Shown piece after piece: positions 1-7,876 of a stretch of DNA of 64,000 nucleotides. The translations under genes were made by a program, and so were the position numbers. This stretch comes from an uncultured Poribacteria bacterium (GTDB lineage Bacteria; Poribacteria; WGA-4E; WGA-3G), in assembly GCA_951813565.1 (NCBI GenBank), contig OX638351.1, forward strand, positions 256,001 to 320,000. Direction: 5' to 3'. The stretch's first letter is position 1. Each line of letters begins with the position of its first letter. The notes below the pieces were generated by a model. That model made no database searches. It was not told the origin of the DNA and was given only the letters and a program-made list of their open reading frames with translations.

Positions 1-155
1 ACTACAAATGCAGGATCAAAAGCGTTGAGTTGTTCAATCATCTTTTCATAAAGTGCTACACTGTTTTTTTGCTGTTGTAGTCCACCCGCAAAGTTCTGGG
101 TAGCATTAGGATAAAGATGTGTGTCTGTAATAAAAGCAAATTTAAAAGGTGTCAT
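1..155 (-). CDS. Metallophosphoesterase family protein, N-terminal part (runs off window)
   Basis: Manual translation MTPFKFAFITDTHLYP...DPAFVV shows the calcineurin-like D-x-H motif; ATG overlaps the stop of the upstream methyltransferase (ATGA). Confidence 0.7.
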   Translation of the reverse strand, partial: MTPFKFAFITDTHLYPNATQNFAGGLQQQKNSVALYEKMIEQLNAFDPAFV

Positions 156-892
156 GATGAAACTCGTTTATTCAAAATTGCAACATAAGTTGGTTTGTCG
201 GAATCAATATAGCGTTCAATTGTCCAACTTGTCCCAACGAGAATATTTTCCAGTTCTGATTTTGAAACGAATAGGTAGTCGAACCAAGGGGTGGCGTATT
301 GTTTGTAGCGTATCCGTAGCCTTAGTTGTCCACTCATTCTACCGCGCTCTCGGTTAGATTGATGGTAAGCGAGATGGGCAGGATTTTCCGTCTGGTATGG
401 GTCCATCGTTTCAGCGATGATTTTTCCATCATCTGTTGTCATACTCGCGAATCGCTTCAATAACCACTTTGCCCTCTTAATACTACCAAAAAGTCCGAAA
501 TTGTGTCCCATCATAAGAATTGTATTGAATACACCAGCTTTTGCATTGAGTTGTGTTATCGGTGCTACCAAAGCGTCTTTGAGTCCTCGTTGTTGACAAA
601 GTTTTATGGCTAAAGGGGAGATATCAGTAGCTAAGACATCATGTCCTTTTTCTTGAAGATAGAGGGAGTGTCGTCCTGCACCACACCCGATATCTAAAAC
701 ACGTCCAGTAACATGTTCTATAGCGAGTTTTTGATGGTCTGTCCACTCTGAATACTCAGCGAAATAAGCGAGTGGTCCCAAGCGACTTATGTCAATATAA
801 CCATCTTCTCGCTCCACGATTTCAACGCTCTGTTCTCCATTGTGATAATCGGTAAGCAGGTGTCCAAAAGCATCTTGTTTATCGGTTAACAC
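152..892 (-). CDS. Class I SAM-dependent methyltransferase
   Basis: Motif I VLDIGCGAGRH followed by acidic residue (ATDIS). Confidence 0.9.
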   Translation of the reverse strand: MLTDKQDAFGHLLTDYHNGEQSVEIVEREDGYIDISRLGPLAYFAEYSEWTDHQKLAIEHVTGRVLDIGCGAGRHSLYLQEKGHDVLATDISPLAIKLCQQRGLKDALVAPITQLNAKAGVFNTILMMGHNFGLFGSIKRAKWLLKRFASMTTDDGKIIAETMDPYQTENPAHLAYHQSNRERGRMSGQLRLRIRYKQYATPWFDYLFVSKSELENILVGTSWTIERYIDSDKPTYVAILNKRVSS

Positions 893-910
893 AATACTGC
901 CTCAAATAAC

Positions 911-1056
911 CGTAACTGTCAACTTAAGCAAAAAATTGATGGATTTCTCTTGTGGGAGGGAGACCTTGTCCGCCCGATATTACGAGATCCAATCAGTTAA
1001 ATCGGGGTTGAAAACCCCTCCTACAAGAGAGAATATACGCTCAATTGACACCTATG
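911..1056. mobile_element. IS4-type MITE enclosing an inverted REP pair
   Basis: Ends cgtaactgtcaacttaag / ctcaattgacacctatg resemble the ends of the IS4 at 11598-13141; inside are gtgggagggagaccttgtccgcccgat and atcggggttgaaaacccctcctac. Confidence 0.6.
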
Positions 1057-1058
1057 CC

Positions 1059-2417
1059 CTACTGCCTCACATACCCAGTCGTACCGTTCCGCTCTGCCTT
1101 ATGTGCTTCCCAATGCTCTTCAATACCTTGTCGCCACGTTTGTGCTGCTTCTGTCAACTCAGCAGTAAGTTCTGGATGTTCGTCTTTCAAATTGGTCGTT
1201 TCCCCCATATCAGTTTCAAGGTCAGCAAGGTGCACATCATCTTCAGGAGGCGCGCCCTCTATCAATTGACCATTCAGGACTAATTTCCACTTGTCCCGAC
1301 GTACTGCAGTCTGTTTCCCCATTTCCCAAAAGATATCGGTATGAGGTGAAAACCCTCCATCAGTCACCACCCCTATTTGGCTTAATCCGTCAAGTTGATA
1401 TTTTGATAAATCTCCATCAGCAGCAGATAGAAAAGTCGGGAAAACATCCATTGCTGCACCACATAGATTAGGGTGATTTAGGACGTTGCCAGGTGGAATT
1501 TCTTTAGGCCATTTCATAATCCCTGGTGAACGGATACCGCCTTCATATAGACTAAACTTGTGTCCTTTAAGTTTACCTGCACTGCCGCCATAATATGGGT
1601 CTTGTGTGCCATCTAACCAATTTCGGGTTTCACGCGATGGTCCGTTGTCACTCTGAAAATATGAGAAGGTATTTTCAGCGATACCTTGACGCTCCAATTC
1701 AGCAAAAATTTCTCCAACACTATCGTCAACAGCACTTAGCATCGCAGCCATAATCTGTCTATCCCAAGGTAGCTCAGGAAACCTGTCTACATATTCTTGT
1801 GGGGCATGCATCGGATAATGTGGGGCATTGTAAGGCACATAAAGGAAAAAGGGTTTGTCAAGCGCAACTGCTTTTCGGATATATTTGACTGCGTATTCCG
1901 TAATCAACTCTGTAAAGTATTCACCATTTCGGTATATTTCCTCACCGTTTTCCCAAAGGTCATGGGTTTGGTCAAAATCTGGTCGTCCCAATGCCCAATA
2001 GAAGATGTGTGAATAGAAATCAATGCATCCCGCCATAAATCCGAACCAATCATCAAACCCGTGATCTTCAGGTCTTGAACCCTCTGCAAGCCCAAGATGC
2101 CACTTCCCAGACATTGCTGAGTAATAACCGAGTTCCTTCAGCGCAGTCGCAAGCGTAGGAACAGAGGGAGGCAATCCTGTTGCAGTGCGATGCCCAGCTA
2201 AGATTGATCGCACACCTGCATGGCAGGGATACCGTCCTGTCAATAACGCAGCACGAGATGGTGAACAGACAGGTGAGTTGGAGTACCAATCTTTAAAAAG
2301 GATACCTTCAGCTGCCATTCTATCCAGATGCGGTGTTTTGAAATCTGTAGCACCCATGCATGAAAGGTCACCGTAGCCTTGATCATCAGTTAAAAAGATA
2401 ATAAAATTGGGTTGCAT
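1059..2417 (-). CDS. Sulfatase (arylsulfatase A-like, formylglycine type)
   Basis: PNFIIFLTDDQG, CSPSRAALLTGRY (CxPxR), GKWHLG, SDNG, KGHKFSLYEGG. Confidence 0.95.
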   Translation of the reverse strand: MQPNFIIFLTDDQGYGDLSCMGATDFKTPHLDRMAAEGILFKDWYSNSPVCSPSRAALLTGRYPCHAGVRSILAGHRTATGLPPSVPTLATALKELGYYSAMSGKWHLGLAEGSRPEDHGFDDWFGFMAGCIDFYSHIFYWALGRPDFDQTHDLWENGEEIYRNGEYFTELITEYAVKYIRKAVALDKPFFLYVPYNAPHYPMHAPQEYVDRFPELPWDRQIMAAMLSAVDDSVGEIFAELERQGIAENTFSYFQSDNGPSRETRNWLDGTQDPYYGGSAGKLKGHKFSLYEGGIRSPGIMKWPKEIPPGNVLNHPNLCGAAMDVFPTFLSAADGDLSKYQLDGLSQIGVVTDGGFSPHTDIFWEMGKQTAVRRDKWKLVLNGQLIEGAPPEDDVHLADLETDMGETTNLKDEHPELTAELTEAAQTWRQGIEEHWEAHKAERNGTTGYVRQ

Positions 2418-2498
2418 TATTTCTCCTTCGTTCTTGAATTTGCTGTCTCTTTGAACCTGTTTACGGCACGCGGAGCGTGCCTACTACCTTTAAGTGCT

Positions 2499-4040
2499 TT
2501 AATTTTTCCAAAAACTTCTATCTAAACTCCGATATTGTATAGCCTCAGAGACGTGTACCGTTTCTATATTTGGATTTTCATCCAGATCGGCTATGGTGCG
2601 CGATACTTTCAAAATGCGGTCATAGGCTCTTGCACTCAATCCTAACTGATTGATGGCGACGCGAAGTAGGTCCTGTGCTTGCGATTCAATTGGACAATAC
2701 TCTCGGATCTGCTTGGATTCCATATTGGCGTTCGCGTGTATTGTCGTGCCATCAAAACGTTGATGCTGAATTTGGCGTGCTGCTTCCACCCGCTCACGCA
2801 CTGTTGCTGACGGTTCACCTGTGACCTCCGCCGAAAGTTCGGCATATTTCACTGCAGGCACCTCAACTTGGATATCTATCCTATCTAACAGTGGTCCAGA
2901 AATCCGAGAGACGTATGTCTGTATCTGTTTGTGCGTACATTTACACTCGCGATTTGGGTCGCTGAAAAAACCACATGGACACGGGTTCATCGCTGCAACA
3001 AGCATAAAATTGGCAGGATAGGTAAGCGATGCAGCAGCACGCGAGATCGTCACGTGCCCATCTTCCAAAGGTTGTCGCATGACTTCAAGTACGTTCCTGC
3101 GGAATTCGGGCAGTTCGTCAAGGAAAAGCACACCATTATGAGAGAGACTTACCTCACCGGGACGTGGTACATTCCCACCGCCGATTAGTCCAGCGTCAGA
3201 AATGGTGTGGTGTGGAGAACGAAACGGACGCGTCATTACCAGTGGCGTATCGCTCGGTAGAATGCCGACAATACTCTGTATTTTTGTCGTTTCTAAAGAT
3301 TCATCCATCGACAACATTGGCATAATCGAAGGAATTCGCTTAGCGATCATGGTTTTGCCGGAACCAGGTGGTCCAATCATAATAAGATTGTGTCCGCCAG
3401 CTGCAGATACCTCAACCGCACGTTTTACATGTTCCTGTCCTTTAACATCAACTAAATCGAGGAGGGATTCTGCGCCTACTTTTTCGTCGACCGTTGTGCT
3501 AAGTGTCGGAGGTTCTGGCAGTATATCTTTGGCAGAATTTAGGAATGCGGCAGCTTCCGATAGACTTTCAACGGGATAAACTTTCAACGCATCAACAATT
3601 GCTGCTTCTTTTGCGTTTTCAGCAGGTAGGATGAGATTTTGCACGCCATTCTCTTTTGCTGCAATGGCTATAGGAAGTCCGCCTTGTATGCTTCGAATGT
3701 TGCCATCAAGTGCAAGTTCACCCAATACCATCGTGTTTTCAAGGCTGCTTAAATCTACTTGTTTCGTGGCAGCCATCACACCGATGGCGATAGGCAGATC
3801 GAAAGCGGATCCAGCTTTTCGGATATCGGCAGGTGCTAAATTAGCGGTAATTCGGCTTGGCGGAAAATAAAAACCAGAATTTTTTATGGCTGCTGTGACC
3901 CTTTCCCTGCTCTCTTTAATGGCACTGTCCGGTAAACCGACGGTACTGAATGCAGGGAGACCGTCCGCCACATCTACCTCTACTTTGACAATATAAGCAT
4001 CAATTCCAAGCACTGCACTGCTGAGGACCGTTGCGAGCAT
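2499..4040 (-). CDS. comM: YifB/ComM family Mg-chelatase-like AAA+ ATPase
   Basis: [70 protein letters not shown]. Confidence 0.95.
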   Translation of the reverse strand: MLATVLSSAVLGIDAYIVKVEVDVADGLPAFSTVGLPDSAIKESRERVTAAIKNSGFYFPPSRITANLAPADIRKAGSAFDLPIAIGVMAATKQVDLSSLENTMVLGELALDGNIRSIQGGLPIAIAAKENGVQNLILPAENAKEAAIVDALKVYPVESLSEAAAFLNSAKDILPEPPTLSTTVDEKVGAESLLDLVDVKGQEHVKRAVEVSAAGGHNLIMIGPPGSGKTMIAKRIPSIMPMLSMDESLETTKIQSIVGILPSDTPLVMTRPFRSPHHTISDAGLIGGGNVPRPGEVSLSHNGVLFLDELPEFRRNVLEVMRQPLEDGHVTISRAAASLTYPANFMLVAAMNPCPCGFFSDPNRECKCTHKQIQTYVSRISGPLLDRIDIQVEVPAVKYAELSAEVTGEPSATVRERVEAARQIQHQRFDGTTIHANANMESKQIREYCPIESQAQDLLRVAINQLGLSARAYDRILKVSRTIADLDENPNIETVHVSEAIQYRSLDRSFWKN

Positions 4041-4130
4041 ACGGTTGCTTCCTTTTCAAATTATTTATAATAACGACTTGTGCCAGTTAACATTTTGTTT
4101 TGTTGGTTTTCACATATATTTGCATTTGTG

Positions 4131-4311
4131 CTATAAACATATCGTCCCTACCAAATCAACGCCAAATGCGCTAAATCAACGGTATGAATGCCTTTTGGCA
4201 TTCCCCGTATGGCATTTGTCGGGACTAAAGAGTGCTCGTCCAATCATTTTCTATAAACATATCGTCCCTACCAAATCAACGTCAAATGCGCTTATGGCAT
4301 TTGTCGGGACT
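4131..4311 (+). repeat. Two direct copies of palindromic unit ctataaacatatcgtccctac|gggact, each interrupted by an AATCAAC-hairpin micro-insertion
   Basis: Uninterrupted versions occur at ~35310-35340 (reverse) and ~62133-62160; inserts at 4152-4220 and 4272-4305. Confidence 0.85.
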
Positions 4312-4416
4312 GAAGAACATATAAATATATGATAATGGCTTACAAACATTTTCTTTTGTGAAATAAAGTTCTACAAACGGTTATTTAGCACAACTCGTAG
4401 TGTTAACTTATTCTTC

Positions 4417-4634
4417 TACTTTCTTATCAACATTTTTTCGTAGCAGTGAAATCCCCTGCTATTAGTGTATAAAAATAGATTCCACTTGCTACAAGTTCAC
4501 CCGTACTGTTCCTACCATCCCAATACGCTGCACGACCGCGACTCTGATAGATACCAGCTGCCTGATATCCCAACATTAAAGTTTTAACTATTTTACCATT
4601 TGCAGCATAAATTGTCAAACTCACTTCAGCAGGT
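4417..4634 (-). pseudogene. Remnant of a FlgD-Ig-like/T9SS-type C-terminal domain
   Basis: PAEVSLTIYAANGKIVKTL...AAYWDGRN..GELVASGIYFYTL.AGDFTAT; 1-nt frameshift before MLIRK*; 5' part absent, ends at a gggtgtgtaaa element end (4635). Confidence 0.75.
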
Positions 4635-4711
4635 GGGTGTGTAAAGTTTTTGTAGCAACTCTGATGTCCAGAGTTGTTGCGAGTTACAATAAAAATGGGT
4701 ATCCTATCCTA

Positions 4712-4868
4712 ACGTGAGTTTGATAATTAACTGGACAGGCAAAAATTGAACAGAGAACGGGCATATTTGCTGAAAAAATCGTTATTTTGGTGTTTTTAAC
4801 CCCTAAATCCCCTTATCAGAGAACTTTAAGAGGAAATGTAGAATCCTAACTATTTATCAAACTCACGT
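4712..4868. mobile_element. MITE with IS982-type ends
   Basis: acgtgagtttgataa ... ttatcaaactcacgt, same TIRs as the IS982 at 6847-7857; no coding capacity. Confidence 0.8.
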
Positions 4869-4918
4869 TACATTAGAAAAACAAGATGGACTCTTCGCAA
4901 ATTGAACCGATGTAACAA

Positions 4919-6638
4919 CCTACACTCCGCAGTTGTTTAATCAGATTTTGAGTATTTATGTTATACTCTTTATATCTTGCATATAAGGAGGTAATATCAT
5001 TACTCAACCTACTTTTACAACTCAGCGTTTAGATCACCTCGGCATAGTTGCCGGTGTGTGTGATCGTATTGGCTTGATAGACACGATTGATACTTTTATT
5101 GGTCCAACGAAACGGAAAGTTTCAGTGGGTGAAGCTGTGTCCGCAATGATCTTGAATGCTTTAGGTTTTGTTTCACGCCCTCTCTACTTGACACCAGAGT
5201 TTTTTGAAAATAAACCTGTAGACCTGTTGATCCGTCCTCACCTCTGTGCTGCCGATTTTACGGACGATAGTCTGGGGCGTGCCTTAGATACACTTTATGA
5301 AAATGGGGTCACTGAACTTTTTGCGACGATTGCGTCCAAGGCGTTATCAACATTTGACATAGACCATCGTTTTGTTCATCTGGATAGCACTACTTTTAGT
5401 TTTCATGGGAACTATGATACCGAAACAGATGATGAACACGCGATCCAAATCACTCACGGGTATAGTCGTGATCAGCGCCCTGATCTCAAACAAGTGGTTG
5501 TTCAACTTCTATGTTCTTATCGGTCTCAGTTCCCTGTATGGTTCAAAGCACTTGATGGAAATCAGGCTGATAAAACAAGTTTTCCTGACACGATCCGAGC
5601 GTATCTGGCTCAAATGCGTGGCAGTGATGCGCCCTATTTTGTAGCGGATAGTGCGCTTTATACTGCCCGTAACATTGCTGTGCTCAGTGATGTGCGTTTC
5701 ATTACGCGTGTTCCTGAAACACTCAAAGCTGTCAAAGAACTTTATCAAACTATCTCTACTGAAGATATGCAGCCAGCACCGCTTGAGGGGTATCGTTATC
5801 TTTCGGTGGATAGCAGCTATGGAGATATCCCGCAAAGATGGCTAATTGTTTATTCCGAAGCAGCGTATCATCGTGAAGTGGCGACTTTAGAAAAAAAGAT
5901 TGCCAAAGCACAGACTGTTGCTGAAACATCTCTCAAACGCTTGCGAAATAAATCGTTTGATACCAACTCAGCGGCTGAAGCTGCCGTGTCAGAAATATCC
6001 AAGTCTTGGAAGTATCATAAACCTTGCGTCTCCATTATCTCTGTTCCACATTACACAACATCGGGACGACCGAAAAAAACAGATAACCCCACACACTTTC
6101 GTTATCGTATTGAGGGCGAAGCTGTTGCGAATATAGAAGCGATTGAAAAACTCAAACGCAGCAAAGGCAGATTTGTGTTAGCTACCAATGAGTTAGATAC
6201 AACTTTACTTGACGATGCCACTATTCTTGAAGCCTATAAAGCACAGAACATCTCTGTGGAACGCGGTTTTCGGTTTTTGAAAGACCCTTTATTCTTTGCC
6301 AATAGTCTATATTTAGAAAAACCCCAACGGATCATGGCATTACTGATGGTGATGGGACTTTCGCTACTTGTTTATGCGCTTGCGGAACAATGGGTTCGGT
6401 TGGAATTAGAAAAACAGAAACAAACAATACCCAACCAAGTCGGTAAACCCACGCAAACCCCAACGCTCCGACGCATCTTTCAAATGTTTGAAAATATTGA
6501 CGTATTATTGATAGAACAAAACGATCATATACAACGCACTATCGTAAACCTAAATGTAATACAGTCTAAGATTATCAACATATTAGGAATAGAAGTCAAA
6601 AATGTTTATTTTCCAGATCCATAACTGCGGAGTGTAGG
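4919..6638 (+). mobile_element. IS1634-family insertion sequence
   Basis: Perfect 16-bp TIR cctacactccgcagtt / aactgcggagtgtagg; 6-bp target duplication taacaa (4913-4918, 6639-6644). Confidence 0.93.
4999..6624 (+). CDS. IS1634-family DDE transposase
   Basis: LDHLGIVAG, HLDSTTF, GYSRDQRPDLKQ, VADSALY, VERGFRFLKDP. Frame is open upstream of the listed 5056 start to ATT at 4999, which follows GGAGG. Confidence 0.9.
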   Translation: MTQPTFTTQRLDHLGIVAGVCDRIGLIDTIDTFIGPTKRKVSVGEAVSAMILNALGFVSRPLYLTPEFFENKPVDLLIRPHLCAADFTDDSLGRALDTLYENGVTELFATIASKALSTFDIDHRFVHLDSTTFSFHGNYDTETDDEHAIQITHGYSRDQRPDLKQVVVQLLCSYRSQFPVWFKALDGNQADKTSFPDTIRAYLAQMRGSDAPYFVADSALYTARNIAVLSDVRFITRVPETLKAVKELYQTISTEDMQPAPLEGYRYLSVDSSYGDIPQRWLIVYSEAAYHREVATLEKKIAKAQTVAETSLKRLRNKSFDTNSAAEAAVSEISKSWKYHKPCVSIISVPHYTTSGRPKKTDNPTHFRYRIEGEAVANIEAIEKLKRSKGRFVLATNELDTTLLDDATILEAYKAQNISVERGFRFLKDPLFFANSLYLEKPQRIMALLMVMGLSLLVYALAEQWVRLELEKQKQTIPNQVGKPTQTPTLRRIFQMFENIDVLLIEQNDHIQRTIVNLNVIQSKIINILGIEVKNVYFPDP

Positions 6639-6846
6639 TAACAAGATTTGTACACACCTATTCTTTCTTTGCTACTTGACGAAGGAAGGTTGAACGATGT
6701 GCACTGAACGAAGACGAATACGGGTGGCGACTCACGGGTGCAGAGTTTCAGAGACGACATGAGAAAAACAAAGATACGGAGTATCAAGATGAAAATCCAA
6801 AGCGGTAGTGGAAAAGATATGAGATATTGCTATAATCTTAATAGGA

Positions 6847-7857
6847 ACGTGAGTTTGATAATTAAAAACTGGTAAATAGAGAACCCCTTTGTTATTATGA
6901 AGTATACCAAATACTCACAAAGGAGTTCTCTGATGGATATCATAACACTTTTCTGTAAAATTGACGACTTTTTTCTTTTGTATGAACAATATCAAGCACA
7001 ACACCAGTTGCCAGAAATATCCGGAACAAGCAATACCCGTGGCAGACTTAGGTGTCTTCATCCGAGCGAAGTTATGACAATACTTATTTATTTTCATCAA
7101 CATAAGTGTAAAAACTTCAAAAGCTATTATCAAGAGCATGTCTGTGGCAACCTCCGTTGGGCGTTTCCAAACCTTGTCAGCTATAGTCGGTTTGTGCAGC
7201 TTGCCCAAGAGGTTTTGATGCCGTTGTCTATTCTTCTAAACACCCGTTTCGGTGAATGTAATGGGACTTCCTTCATTGGCTCAACGCCACTTCCAGTTTG
7301 CCATAATCGTCGGATTTCAGCGCATCGTGTCTTCGCTGATGGGGCAGAACGATCCAAAACCTCTATGGGATGGTTCTACGGGTTCAAACTGCATCTCGTC
7401 ATCAACGATCAAGGTGAGTTGTTGTCTGCTATGGTGACACCCGGAAACACAGATGACCGGAAACCTTTGCCACAGTTGACCAAAGGGCTATTTGGCAAAC
7501 TTTATGCCGATAAAGGGTATATCAACAAAAAGCTGCGGGATAAACTGCGGGAAGGGGGTGTGTCACTTGTTTACAAAGTGCGCAAGAACATGAAACCTGA
7601 ACCTTTGTCTCAGGCTGATGCAGCACTTTTACGAAAACGGATGCTCATTGAGTCGGTGAATAAAGAACTCAAAAGTCAGACAGAAGGACAACACACACGG
7701 CATAGAAGTCCTGTTAACTTTCAAGTGAACACAGTTGCTGCCTTGATCGCTTGGACCTGTCTGACGAAGAAACCTTCACTCAAACACAAAGAACTCCAGG
7801 AAAATGACTATCAGTTGCCAATGATATGTAACTTCTAATTATTTATCAAACTCACGT
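6847..7857 (+). mobile_element. IS982-family insertion sequence
   Basis: 15-bp TIR acgtgagtttgataa / ttatcaaactcacgt; 8-bp target duplication taatagga (6839-6846, 7858-7865). Confidence 0.93.
6897..7838 (+). CDS. IS982-family transposase (first catalytic Asp replaced by Gly)
   Basis: LFCKIDDF, SEVMTILIYFH, FPNLVSYSRF, SFIGST (family FIDST), GWFYGFKLHL, ADKGY, KRMLIESVN. Confidence 0.9.
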   Translation: MKYTKYSQRSSLMDIITLFCKIDDFFLLYEQYQAQHQLPEISGTSNTRGRLRCLHPSEVMTILIYFHQHKCKNFKSYYQEHVCGNLRWAFPNLVSYSRFVQLAQEVLMPLSILLNTRFGECNGTSFIGSTPLPVCHNRRISAHRVFADGAERSKTSMGWFYGFKLHLVINDQGELLSAMVTPGNTDDRKPLPQLTKGLFGKLYADKGYINKKLRDKLREGGVSLVYKVRKNMKPEPLSQADAALLRKRMLIESVNKELKSQTEGQHTRHRSPVNFQVNTVAALIAWTCLTKKPSLKHKELQENDYQLPMICNF

Positions 7858-7876
7858 TAATAGGAGGTATATTTGA

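Noticed and set aside
4131..4311. Possible mini CRISPR array
   Set aside because: Only two units, interiors are themselves repeats, no cas genes; explained by dispersed palindromes with micro-insertions.
6645..6810. Possible gene remnant interrupted by IS1634
   Set aside because: Rejoined flanks contain stops and no recognisable family.
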